Notes: generated from the letters alone by a model not told the origin. 64,000 bases of DNA from an uncultured Actinomycetota bacterium (GCA_964346985.1 CAYFWW010000048.1:291-64290), one strand, 5' to 3'. Positions 52,369-61,551 are shown, numbered from the stretch's first letter. Numbers and translations are program-made.

Positions 52369-54297
52369 TTAGGCAAGCTGGTTTTTTTCAAAATCTAAGA
52401 GAATTTTTTCAATCTCCTGAGCAAATTCTTCCCAATTCAGTTTTTTAGCTTTAGAGTATGCCTTGTCTAACTCTTTCTTAGTTTTAGAATAATCACCAAT
52501 TAAATAATAAAATCTGCATAATTCAAGTTGAAAGGTTAAAGATAACTTAGGATCTTTAATTAAACCAATAATCATTTGAAAGCTGGAAATCGCTTCCTTA
52601 TATGAACCCATTTCAAATTGATCATAGGCTTTATGTATTAAGTCATTAATTATTTTGCTTGTATATTCCGACTCATCGATGAAAGTTGAAACTTTTTTTT
52701 CCAACTTATGAAAAGATACTTCTTTCTCTTCTTTCTCTTCAACCAGAGGGCGAAGATCCTCTCTAATTATCATTTGAATAACTTTATCTTTATCAGCCAC
52801 TTCTTCTTGAACAGTTGAAATTTGACTTGCTCCAGATAATCTAATAAATCCACTTAGCAGAACTATATGGACAATAGCAAAAGCTACATTGTTCATAATA
52901 GAAGGATTGGCCCCAAACCATAACATACCGAAAAATATAGCAATAATCATTAACAAAGTCATAAAGATTTGAGGATATATATGTGGAGTTATGCCTTTTA
53001 TATCAACTCCTTTAGGAGTAACAACAAAACCAAGTTTTCTACCAAAAATAATAGACAGCCAGGCCTTTATATGGACTGGGAACGAACAAAGCGAAAACCA
53101 TAAAGCTCTAAATGTCAGCGTGCCATTGGCCGCATATGCCAGGAAGACAATGTTTATAAAGAGATACGGGAAAAAATGCAACGGATACATATCAGCTTCT
53201 TTTATTGGTTTGATTCCAAAGAAAAGCATGAGTATAGGCATTATTGCATAAATCAAGTAAGCCCATCCTGTAAACCAGTATATTCCGCTTAGAAAATATT
53301 GAATCTTTTGAGGAATTGTTAGATTCTTCAATAATGTATTTTCCTTTATAAATATCTCTAAACCTCCCCGAGCCCATCTAAGCTGCTGGCTAAAATATGA
53401 ACCTACATCTTCTGGTCCTAGGCCTTCTGCCAAAACCTCTGGGTAATAGACTGATTTCCAGCCACGCTCGTGCAGTTTGATGGATAATAATAAATCTTCT
53501 GTAATGGATTCTTCTGGGAGATAACCTATCTGGCGCAGTGATTCGCGGCGAAATACAACATTAGTTCCACAACAAAAAGCTGCGCCTAGCTTATATTTTC
53601 CACGGCAAATTGGGCCATAAAATAACTCTTGTTGTTCAAATGCCCCAGCTGCAATTTTATTCTCCGACTTATTCTTATAAAATTGAGGTGTCTGAACAAA
53701 AGCAATTTTTTCATCTTTGAAAAAACCTAATGTTTTTAAAAGAAACCCAGGATAAGGTGCATGATCACAATCAAAAAAAACAACATAGTGCCCATCTGTC
53801 TGTTTAAGTGCATTATTAATATTTCCAGCCTTGGCTCCCTTACGATCAGGTCTTGAAAAGTATTTAACATGGTATCGAGAAGCTAGTTTTTTAATCATAT
53901 CTGAGGGGCCGTCATCAAGAATATATATCTCTTTATTTGGATGGATAATATTACTTACTGCCTTAATTGTATTTTCTACAATTTCAATAGGTTCATTATA
54001 AACAGGAATAAGAATATCAACCGGTTTAAACCAGATATCTTTGGAAATCTTCACCTGGTCTGGCCATTTCTGATTCAAAGCAGTATACCAAAATCCACTG
54101 ATCTGGATAAAATTAAATAACTCAGCTGAAATCAGTAATATATACAAAACAATATGATCAGGCCGTTTAGAATCCAACATCCAGCTGAAATAATATATGG
54201 CTGCAAAGATTCCAAGAATTGTAAAAACTTTCAAGGAACGTAGGTATCTACTTCTTTCACTTTCAATAGTAAAATTTCTATTTTCCATAAATCTCAT
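52369..54297 (-). CDS. Cellulose-synthase-like processive GT2 (BcsA/CesA-type D,D,D,QxxRW) lacking a PilZ domain, with a novel C-terminal module
   Basis: DDG, DCDH, TED and QQLRW motifs and multi-TM C-terminal half. No RxxxR/DxSxxG PilZ motifs. The C-terminal 86 aa resemble the C-terminus of the 57834..58646 protein. Confidence 0.8.
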   Translation of the reverse strand: MRFMENRNFTIESERSRYLRSLKVFTILGIFAAIYYFSWMLDSKRPDHIVLYILLISAELFNFIQISGFWYTALNQKWPDQVKISKDIWFKPVDILIPVYNEPIEIVENTIKAVSNIIHPNKEIYILDDGPSDMIKKLASRYHVKYFSRPDRKGAKAGNINNALKQTDGHYVVFFDCDHAPYPGFLLKTLGFFKDEKIAFVQTPQFYKNKSENKIAAGAFEQQELFYGPICRGKYKLGAAFCCGTNVVFRRESLRQIGYLPEESITEDLLLSIKLHERGWKSVYYPEVLAEGLGPEDVGSYFSQQLRWARGGLEIFIKENTLLKNLTIPQKIQYFLSGIYWFTGWAYLIYAIMPILMLFFGIKPIKEADMYPLHFFPYLFINIVFLAYAANGTLTFRALWFSLCSFPVHIKAWLSIIFGRKLGFVVTPKGVDIKGITPHIYPQIFMTLLMIIAIFFGMLWFGANPSIMNNVAFAIVHIVLLSGFIRLSGASQISTVQEEVADKDKVIQMIIREDLRPLVEEKEEKEVSFHKLEKKVSTFIDESEYTSKIINDLIHKAYDQFEMGSYKEAISSFQMIIGLIKDPKLSLTFQLELCRFYYLIGDYSKTKKELDKAYSKAKKLNWEEFAQEIEKILLDFEKNQLA

Positions 54298-55895
54298 TCA
54301 CTAAATAAATAAACATCAACATTTGGAAATTTTTTCTTAACTTCATTCGTATATTTATATCTTAAGATAGTCCTGCTTCTGAAAGCTGCCCTTTTCACAA
54401 AGCTTCTCTCTTCGAAGCTGGTAATCATCCAAACCCTTTTTTTGTTCTTGTAAGCCTTGTTTAAATCAAAGGATAGTTCATCCATGCTAGACCTTATTGA
54501 ATTATCGGCAGGCTCAACCCTTGGAAAAGCAATCGCTGGGACTTTACCCTTATAGTAATAAAGGAAAACGTTCTTTATATAATAAGGAACGTATATTACA
54601 GCATCATCCTTTTCAAGGTTTTTTTGAACATACGATATCGCTTTTTGGTTATCATAACGAATTCGATTATTGAGGCTAAAAGACTGGTCTGCCCAAAAAA
54701 TAATCGCGCTAATAGCTAAAATAATCATAAAAAGGCGATAATGATTTTTATCACTTATTGAAGAGATTATACAACCAAAGAATACATAGAGTGGAATAGT
54801 ATAGATAGCAATATATCTAACTATAAACATTTCACGATAAAGACCAATAATATACATTAATAAAAGAGGGACCACAATCCCAATAATAAGATAAAGATAT
54901 TTCAGGCCGGGTGGCCTAACAAAATAGACAAGGATAAATAAGATCAACATTAATAAAGGCCATAAGGAAACAAGGTTTGCAGTTATGTCATCGCTATGGA
55001 AACCAAATAGCGACTGGGTAAAAACCATAAGGATTACATTAAAATTATAGTTACTTCCACTGAGTAAATGTTCTTCTGCAATTCCGACTAAATGCCTTGA
55101 AACCAGGACAAACCTTACCCATGGAAGAAAAAGTATTAATATGGAAACCTGAGAACTTATCCAGATACCAGATGTTTTTAATCTTTCTTTCCAGGTTGAG
55201 TAACTTTTTTTATCCTCCTCAAGGTTCGCTTTATTCTGTATAGAGCGAATAAACCAAAAAATAAAGAAAATATTTTGAAAGACAATCATTAATACTCCGA
55301 AATAAGATGTAAATAACATTAAAGTTGTAAACAGAACATATAATAACCAATAAACCAATTTTGCTTTCTCGAAAAGCTTAAACCCAAAATAGAAAGCAAG
55401 TGTGGCCCAGATTAAGAGAATAATATACATCCTTGCATCCTGTGAATACCAAATAAAAAATGGGGAGAAGCTGAATAAAAAAGCTGTGGTGAAGCCTATT
55501 CTTTCATTGAATAATGACTTACAGACAAAATATACCACTAAAACTAAGATCAATCCAAAGAATAATGACATTGACCTAACAGCAAAAGGGCTCTTTCCAA
55601 AAAAACTCATCCAATAATGAAGAGAAAGATGAAAGAGTGGCGGGTGAACGCCGTGTGCCATTGTTGAAATAATGTCTCTTGGGCTCTGGCTTGCTTGTAT
55701 AATGCTTGTGCACTCATCTAACCAAAGGTCACGGGAGTTAATTCCTACCAACCTTAATACAAAAGAATTTATTAGAAGAAATATAACACCAGCAATCTCA
55801 ACTTTAGCCGAATATATTTTTCCAATAATATTTTTCAAATAAACACTTTTTCCTTTTTGAATGTTAATAATATTTTCTACCATAAGAGTCAACAA
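54294..55895 (-). CDS. GT-C fold glycosyltransferase (PMT/ArnT/GT39-GT83-like)
   Basis: More than 10 TM helices; DE motif (WLDEC) in the first extracytoplasmic loop; translationally coupled to the BcsA-like gene. Confidence 0.7.
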   Translation of the reverse strand: MLTLMVENIINIQKGKSVYLKNIIGKIYSAKVEIAGVIFLLINSFVLRLVGINSRDLWLDECTSIIQASQSPRDIISTMAHGVHPPLFHLSLHYWMSFFGKSPFAVRSMSLFFGLILVLVVYFVCKSLFNERIGFTTAFLFSFSPFFIWYSQDARMYIILLIWATLAFYFGFKLFEKAKLVYWLLYVLFTTLMLFTSYFGVLMIVFQNIFFIFWFIRSIQNKANLEEDKKSYSTWKERLKTSGIWISSQVSILILFLPWVRFVLVSRHLVGIAEEHLLSGSNYNFNVILMVFTQSLFGFHSDDITANLVSLWPLLMLILFILVYFVRPPGLKYLYLIIGIVVPLLLMYIIGLYREMFIVRYIAIYTIPLYVFFGCIISSISDKNHYRLFMIILAISAIIFWADQSFSLNNRIRYDNQKAISYVQKNLEKDDAVIYVPYYIKNVFLYYYKGKVPAIAFPRVEPADNSIRSSMDELSFDLNKAYKNKKRVWMITSFEERSFVKRAAFRSRTILRYKYTNEVKKKFPNVDVYLFSE

Positions 55896-56032
55896 ATATC
55901 AAAATTTATTAAACATGATTATAATCGGAATTTTAATATTTTTCCTAAATCCTCATTTCTTTATCTAAATAACCACAAATAATATTTTTTTTCCAAAAAA
56001 CTAAAGTTTTCTAGCCTATAACCGATACATAT

Positions 56033-56125
56033 AGTGGTTGGCAATCACCCGAAAGGGCAAACCCATCTAAAGGTGGGGACGCAAAACCAAGGATCCGAAT
56101 GGATAGCCTGGTTGCCGAAGGTGAG
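56033..56125 (+). ncRNA. c-di-GMP-I (GEMM) riboswitch
   Basis: Conserved GEMM-I blocks: GGGCAAACC, P2 hairpin CCCAUC-UAAA-GGUGGG, GGGACGCAAAACC junction, 3' GGUUGCCGAAGG (compare the GEMM block GGGUUACCGAAGG). GC-rich island in AT-rich DNA directly 5' of the GH26-like gene; its 3' end overlaps the SD (AAGGUG). Confidence 0.75.
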
Positions 56126-56129
56126 AGAG

Positions 56130-57692
56130 TTGAAAACAAATTATAAATTTAAAAAAATATTCTTAATCATAACCAGCTTCTTAATGTTACTTCTGTTTGC
56201 CAGTCCCGTCACAGCCCAGACAACATTACCTGAACCACTCAGAGGAAATACACTTATTGGTTATTTTGTTCCAGGATCCCCGGCAACAAATAACCTAATA
56301 GATTTAGAGACAAAAACCGATCGCAAGGCCGATATTGTTTTATACTATCAAGACTGGACATATGGTTTAATCAATCAGAATGTTCGAAATGTTTTGAATC
56401 ATGGCTCAATTCCACTGCTAACTTGGATACCATGCAAAGGCGGAGCTGGGACAAACCAACCTGATTATCGTTTAAAAAACATTACAAATGGTAAATTCGA
56501 CCAATATTTAAGAGAATCTGCTAGAGCTGCCAGAAACACTGGAGAGACAATCTGGTTAAGGCCTTTCCATGAGATGAACGGTAACTGGTCTTCGTATTCA
56601 GGTACAACCAACGGAAATAGTCCAGAAGATTTTATCCCAGCCTGGCGGCATATAGTTGATATCTTTAGACAAGAAGGAGCAGATAATGTTTTATTTGTCT
56701 GGTCTCCCAATACAAATTCAGTACCTGATACTCCCGAGAATGCCATTAGTGTATACTTCCCGGGTGATGACTATGTAGATATTATTGGAATCGATGGATA
56801 TAATTGGGGCACAAGCCAATCTTGGTCTCATTGGAACTCATTTTATGACACTTTTGTTAAATCGTATAAAACTTGCACTTCTCTAAGCAAAAAACCAATA
56901 ATCATTGCTGAAACAGGCTCGTCAGAAAAAGGTGGAGACAAAGCCGCATGGATTAAAGATACTTTTAACACAATATATAATGATTTTCCACGAATTAAAG
57001 GGCTAGTCTGGTTTAATATCAATAAAGAAACGGACTGGAGAATCGAATCTTCAATAGCTAGTCTAGAATCTTTCAAAAGTATAGTTGCAGAAAACGCAAA
57101 TAGTAAAAATATTATACAATTTGTAATGAAGTTCAACAAAAATACAAGCCAAGATAGAATTGAACAAATACTATATGATTACAACTTAACAGTTATATCC
57201 GGGCCTTCAAAAAATAACTACTACTATTTAGAGACTCAACCGGGAATAAACTTCAATAAACTTGTTTCAGCTCTCTCTGGACTTCCAGAAATTACCAGAA
57301 TAGACCGTAATTATTCTTATCGTGTAAATACAAGTACTGGGTTAGGAGCTGGAGAATCCATAAATAATATATTGGCGGCAAATGATAATTATAAGGGTGG
57401 AGCCAAAGCAGAATCTTCCTTCAGCCAAGCAGCCAACCAAACCTATAATACTTCCCCTATTTTGGAAGATTCTGCTTCACCTCTTTTGGCAAAAGAAAAT
57501 TTATTACAATCATCTTTTAAAATAGATTTTCCAAATAGTCTTTTCAGCAATAGTTTCGCTGTTAATATCTATAAAAAAACAGATAAAGAATCAAGTTACC
57601 TGCCTAATCTGAATCAATTTTCCGCTTTAATTATGCTCATTATAGTTTCCGGGACTTCAGTCCTACTTTATAAACAAAAAATAATGGCATAA
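56130..57692 (+). CDS. GH26-like glycoside hydrolase paralog with signal peptide and C-terminal extension
   Basis: RPFHEMNGNWSSYSG, FVWSPN, YFPGDDYVDIIGIDGYNWG and IIIAETGS motifs. Start set to TTG 56130 (RBS AAGGTG; signal peptide KTNYKFKKIFLIITSFLMLLLFASPVTAQ). The track ORF (from 56034) reads through the riboswitch. Confidence 0.7.
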   Translation: MKTNYKFKKIFLIITSFLMLLLFASPVTAQTTLPEPLRGNTLIGYFVPGSPATNNLIDLETKTDRKADIVLYYQDWTYGLINQNVRNVLNHGSIPLLTWIPCKGGAGTNQPDYRLKNITNGKFDQYLRESARAARNTGETIWLRPFHEMNGNWSSYSGTTNGNSPEDFIPAWRHIVDIFRQEGADNVLFVWSPNTNSVPDTPENAISVYFPGDDYVDIIGIDGYNWGTSQSWSHWNSFYDTFVKSYKTCTSLSKKPIIIAETGSSEKGGDKAAWIKDTFNTIYNDFPRIKGLVWFNINKETDWRIESSIASLESFKSIVAENANSKNIIQFVMKFNKNTSQDRIEQILYDYNLTVISGPSKNNYYYLETQPGINFNKLVSALSGLPEITRIDRNYSYRVNTSTGLGAGESINNILAANDNYKGGAKAESSFSQAANQTYNTSPILEDSASPLLAKENLLQSSFKIDFPNSLFSNSFAVNIYKKTDKESSYLPNLNQFSALIMLIIVSGTSVLLYKQKIMA

Positions 57693-57833
57693 TTAAAAGA
57701 ACATAAATTTATTCTTTAAACACCCCTTTAATTTAAAACGCTTATGATAGAATTACTAATTGAATTATTTTTAACATTTCATTATTATTTGTATTGTTAA
57801 ATAAATTAGAAAGATAAACAGAAAGGTTTTTTA

Positions 57834-58646
57834 ATGGGTCAGATATTAGCAATTGCAATTGCTTTGATTTTCATTTTTGGGTTACTATTACATTTGGTAT
57901 TACGCTTTATATTTAGGATAAATGCTTTAAGAGTTCTGCTGGCAGCTACTATTTCTTCTGTAATCATTCTATTAGTTGTTGTCTTTGTACACCAAAGATT
58001 TAGTTTAAGCAATACAGAACTTTTAATTTTAATATTTCCATTGGCAATTGTTGCTTCTTTTATAATTGCCTGGGCTGAGCAAAGATTTTTAAAGATTTCA
58101 CAAGTTACTCGTGAAATAACACCAACATCCCCAAATATAAAAACTGTACCTTCCGAAATTAAAGATGATATTTCCGAAACTCTAAAAAAAGAGGTTTCAC
58201 CTATTAATAAAACGAAACCGGAACCTCAACCCGTAGCTCCTACACCTATTAAGGAACCTGTTAAAGAAGAAGCCTTGCCTCCAAAAGAAAAGGAAATATA
58301 CCGAGATTTAGTCAAAGAAGAAAAAAAAGAGGTATTCTCAGAAGAATATAGAGGAAAACCTGATGAAGCCTTAGATGTCCTTATTGAGGATGCTTATTCT
58401 CATGTAGATTCTGGAGCAATTGACTCAGCAATTCAATCCTTTCGTTTAGCAATTGTCTTCGCTGAAGACCCAGAAGTGCTAATTCCTTTACAAGTTGAAT
58501 TGGGCAGGCTCTGGTTTATGATCGGTGAAACCAGTAAAGCAGCAAATGAGCTAAAAAAAGCATATGATCTTGCTAAACAAGTTGGATTACAAGATAAAAT
58601 AAGTGAAATCGGTTCTCTTCTAGAAAGCCTTTCTGAAGAGGAGTGA
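57834..58646 (+). CDS. Membrane protein (3 TM) with Lys/Glu/Pro-rich linker and a C-terminal about 80-aa module shared with the BcsA-like GT
   Basis: C-terminal AYSHVDSGAIDSAIQSFRLAIVFAEDPEVLIPLQVELGRLWFMIGETSKAANELKKAYDLAKQ aligns without gaps to the BcsA-like C-terminus (AYDQFEMGSYKEAISSFQMIIGLIKDPKLSLTFQLELCRFYYLIGDYSKTKKELDKAYSKAKK). Confidence 0.55.
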   Translation: MGQILAIAIALIFIFGLLLHLVLRFIFRINALRVLLAATISSVIILLVVVFVHQRFSLSNTELLILIFPLAIVASFIIAWAEQRFLKISQVTREITPTSPNIKTVPSEIKDDISETLKKEVSPINKTKPEPQPVAPTPIKEPVKEEALPPKEKEIYRDLVKEEKKEVFSEEYRGKPDEALDVLIEDAYSHVDSGAIDSAIQSFRLAIVFAEDPEVLIPLQVELGRLWFMIGETSKAANELKKAYDLAKQVGLQDKISEIGSLLESLSEEE

Positions 58647-58745
58647 TACTAGAATTTACAAATCAATTTTTTTTATTTAATAATATTTGAATTTGTTTTC
58701 AAGAAGAATTATATTTATAATCAACTGAAAGGAGATGTTTTTTTA

Positions 58746-59627
58746 ATGAAACAAAGCAATGAAATCATTGGTTTACCAATAGTTTCAATATCAGAAGGTA
58801 TTAAGACAGGAATAGTTCAAGGAACAATTATTGACCCCCAAACAAAAGAAGTAGCTGCTCTACTTGTTGAAGACGAAGAGTGGTACAAAGGGGCAAAAAT
58901 TGTACCTTTTACAGCAATTCGGAGCATTGGTGCAGACGCTTTGATCATCGATCGAAATGATCAAATTACAGCAGCTTCATCCAATAGTGAAATTGAAGAA
59001 CTTATTAATAGAGCAATAAAAATAATTAATACTCAAATCATTACAACAAGCGGTAAAAATATTGGTGAGGCATCTGAATATATAGTCGACCAAGAAACAG
59101 GAAAAATAGTTTCTGTAGAAATTACCGCTGCTGAAGGGCATCCGTCATCTATTGAAGTAAATCGAATTCTTACTTTCGGAAGAGACGTAATGATTGTTTC
59201 AGAAGAGGGGGAAGCAGCAATTCAAACTGATTTTGAAACTCAAGAAGCTGCTGCTCCAACTGAAATTGAAACCGAAGAGGCTCCCGTGGAAGCAGAAGAT
59301 GTTCCCTACACAAGCACACCTACTTTTGAAGAGGTGAAAAAGGAAGAAGAAGATGTTTCTACGCCGCATCTTCCGGAAGAGGAGTCAGCTGGTACAGCAG
59401 AACCTGCTCCCGCTGAAGCAGAAAAACCATCTGAAGAGGCTGCTAAAAAAACTTTAGAAGAAAGACAACATGACTTTCTAATAGGAAAGACTATGCGTAA
59501 AGATGTTATCGCTGATGATGGTACAGTTATAATCAAAGAAGGAGATACTGTTAACGAAGAAGTAATCCAAAAGGCAAAAGAGAATAATAAATATCTTGAA
59601 CTAACTTTTTCAATAAAAAGAAGTTAG
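58746..59627 (+). CDS. PRC-barrel domain protein with acidic low-complexity linker
   Basis: N-terminal PRC barrel (IGLPIVSISEGIKTGIVQGTIID), a second PRC-like segment at the C-terminus, and an E/A/P-rich middle. Confidence 0.6.
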   Translation: MKQSNEIIGLPIVSISEGIKTGIVQGTIIDPQTKEVAALLVEDEEWYKGAKIVPFTAIRSIGADALIIDRNDQITAASSNSEIEELINRAIKIINTQIITTSGKNIGEASEYIVDQETGKIVSVEITAAEGHPSSIEVNRILTFGRDVMIVSEEGEAAIQTDFETQEAAAPTEIETEEAPVEAEDVPYTSTPTFEEVKKEEEDVSTPHLPEEESAGTAEPAPAEAEKPSEEAAKKTLEERQHDFLIGKTMRKDVIADDGTVIIKEGDTVNEEVIQKAKENNKYLELTFSIKRS

Positions 59628-59658
59628 TTTAATTCATTCTAAAATAAATCAAAAGTAT

Positions 59659-60183
59659 TCATGAATAATCCGCATCTTGGTTTTCTTCGAGGTTATTAAG
59701 TTCAGAAATTGAAGAAATTCCCATTTCTTTTAATTTTGTCAACATGTCGATTACATCTTCCATTAGCCCTTTTTGTTGTTCGTTTTTCTGAAGAACATCC
59801 CTGACAATAGATTTAGCTTCTACCCTTACGTTACCAAATTGGTCGAGGAATGAATCAAAGAGTAGTGTATCTAAATTACCATAGGCCATCTGGTAACCCC
59901 GCTCTTGAGCCTCCATAATCAGTAACAGCATCCATATGTACTTAGCCTCTGACATAGACTCCATAAAAAATCTTGGAAGATGATAAATTGAAAATTGTTC
60001 TTTATCAATTCCTAACTTTACACTTTCATCGATCATTTCACTTAACAACTGCTCATTGGTTTCAGTAAAATTTCGAACAAACTCAATGACCCCTTTTGAG
60101 TTTGCTTTTTCAAACTTCTCCCCAAATTCTTTATGGGCTTCAATTCTAAGTTTTTCTAGAAGTGACAATTTATTCCACCTCAC
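59659..60183 (-). CDS. Hypothetical protein
   Basis: 174-aa ORF, no recognisable motifs. Confidence 0.4.
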   Translation of the reverse strand: MRWNKLSLLEKLRIEAHKEFGEKFEKANSKGVIEFVRNFTETNEQLLSEMIDESVKLGIDKEQFSIYHLPRFFMESMSEAKYIWMLLLIMEAQERGYQMAYGNLDTLLFDSFLDQFGNVRVEAKSIVRDVLQKNEQQKGLMEDVIDMLTKLKEMGISSISELNNLEENQDADYS

Positions 60184-60309
60184 AAGATTTATTAAAAACT
60201 ATTCTAGCAAGTTTTCTATGAATATATAAATATAATCTTGAATATTTTTTTTCATAAACGGTATACTATCTGAAAATAATAATTTTTTTCTACAATTGGA
60301 GGAATATTT

Positions 60310-60483
60310 GTGAACAACAATAATCTCTTAAGCGTTGATGAAGCTGTTAAAAAATTTAAATTAAAAAAACCAACTCTTTTAAATCTTTGCAGGAGGGGGA
60401 AAATTCCCTTCATCATGAAAAACAGTTCTTATTTTTTAATGGATAAGGACATTGAAAACTATATTTCGGAAAGAAAAAAATAG
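60310..60483 (+). CDS. Excisionase/HTH_17-family DNA-binding protein (57 aa, GTG start; below track size cut-off)
   Basis: VNNNNLLSVDEAVKKFKLKKPTLLNLCRRGKIPFIMKNSSYFLMDKDIENYISERKK fits the HTH_17 pattern (LLTV.EAA..LGVS..TIY.L...G.LPA.KIG...R....DLE.YL). GGAGG RBS 7 nt upstream; TTGAAT-N18-TATACT promoter at about 60238-60267. Confidence 0.55.
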   Translation: MNNNNLLSVDEAVKKFKLKKPTLLNLCRRGKIPFIMKNSSYFLMDKDIENYISERKK

Positions 60484-60496
60484 GGGGTGACACAAT

Positions 60497-60706
60497 TTGG
60501 ATGAAGAGACCAAAAGTATGTTAGTAGAGATTATAAAGAAACTAGACGTATTTGAAGCTAAGCTAGATGATATCCAATCATTCTTAAGTAGTATAATGCT
60601 TAATACCGGCAATATAGCCAATGTAGATCAAAATATTTCTAATTTGGTTGAAATAATGGAGAAGCTGGTCGAAGAAGTAGAGGAGGAAGCAACCGACCAA
60701 CAATGA
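60497..60706 (+). CDS. Hypothetical acidic coiled-coil protein
   Basis: 69 aa; coupled downstream of the HTH gene. Confidence 0.35.
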   Translation: MDEETKSMLVEIIKKLDVFEAKLDDIQSFLSSIMLNTGNIANVDQNISNLVEIMEKLVEEVEEEATDQQ

Positions 60707-60984
60707 AAGAAGTTTTTCTATGTTCATTTATTGATTCCTGGGCTATTGAACACAGTCAAATAGCTAACTTTTCAGAAAGATTGTCAACAATGGTCGGTGT
60801 AAAAATAAAATGCGAAGGACTCGGTTTTGATCCTGTCTCGGGAATTAAAATGTTTGACCATCCATTTGATTGTCATATTTATAGTCATTATCAAGCAATT
60901 GACCATAATAAACCTTTTACTCTACTAAAATGTCCATTTCTTGATCTAAATACAGATATTCCAGAGGATTGGTTAAAGAAATAG
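60703..60984 (+). CDS. Hypothetical protein
   Basis: 93 aa; 4-nt overlap with the preceding ORF. Confidence 0.35.
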   Translation: MKEVFLCSFIDSWAIEHSQIANFSERLSTMVGVKIKCEGLGFDPVSGIKMFDHPFDCHIYSHYQAIDHNKPFTLLKCPFLDLNTDIPEDWLKK

Positions 60985-61029
60985 CATCATATTTCTAAAT
61001 CTAATTTAATTTTAAAATATTTAAAACAG

Positions 61030-61101
61030 AGCGGATGACGGGAATCGAACCCGCAACGACCAGCTTGGGAAGCTGGCATTCTACCATTGAATTACATCCG
61101 C
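61030..61101 (-). tRNA. tRNA-Gly (anticodon CCC)
   Basis: Reverse complement GCGGATGTAATTCAATGGTAGAATGCCAGCTTCCCAAGCTGGTCGTTGCGGGTTCGATTCCCGTCATCCGCT. Confidence 0.85.
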
Positions 61102-61184
61102 CAGAAATAGTTTAATATTATCTAAATACAATTAAGTACATCTTGGAATTTTTTTGATATGCATAAAAGGTGATGGTTTATTTT

Positions 61185-61520
61185 TTACTCTTCCTTCTCT
61201 TCCTTCTCTTCCTTCTCTTCTTTTTCTAGAAGGTCCTCTTCTGATAAGACTGCTCCCAAGTATATTATTTCATTATCTGATGGTATTTTAGGATCATCCC
61301 AAAAATAATTCTCTGCCCTTTTTGCTTCTTGAGCATCTGCGTAATTTACAGTTTTATAAACTTTATCAACGTGAGGATCGTATGAGTTCCCCCGTCTAAA
61401 TTCAATCCTAAACTCCCAATAATCTCTGTTCCTAACAGGCTCAATAACAGTAGCTACGTGCTGTGTTTTACCAAGATCACTTAATATATCACTATATTTA
61501 ATCAGTTTTTTTTCTTGCAA
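61185..61520 (-). CDS. Hypothetical protein with C-terminal (EKE)n tail
   Basis: 111 aa; C-terminal EKEEKEEKEEKEE encoded by a 9-nt tandem repeat at 61185-61215. Confidence 0.4.
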   Translation of the reverse strand: MQEKKLIKYSDILSDLGKTQHVATVIEPVRNRDYWEFRIEFRRGNSYDPHVDKVYKTVNYADAQEAKRAENYFWDDPKIPSDNEIIYLGAVLSEEDLLEKEEKEEKEEKEE

Positions 61521-61551
61521 CTTAATATTTCCTCCTTTTAGTTCGTTCTAT

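Noticed and set aside
61185-61215. 9-nt tandem repeat (CTCTTCCTT x3, encoding EKEEKEE...)
   Set aside because: Low-complexity coding repeat at a protein C-terminus; not a CRISPR or regulatory repeat.
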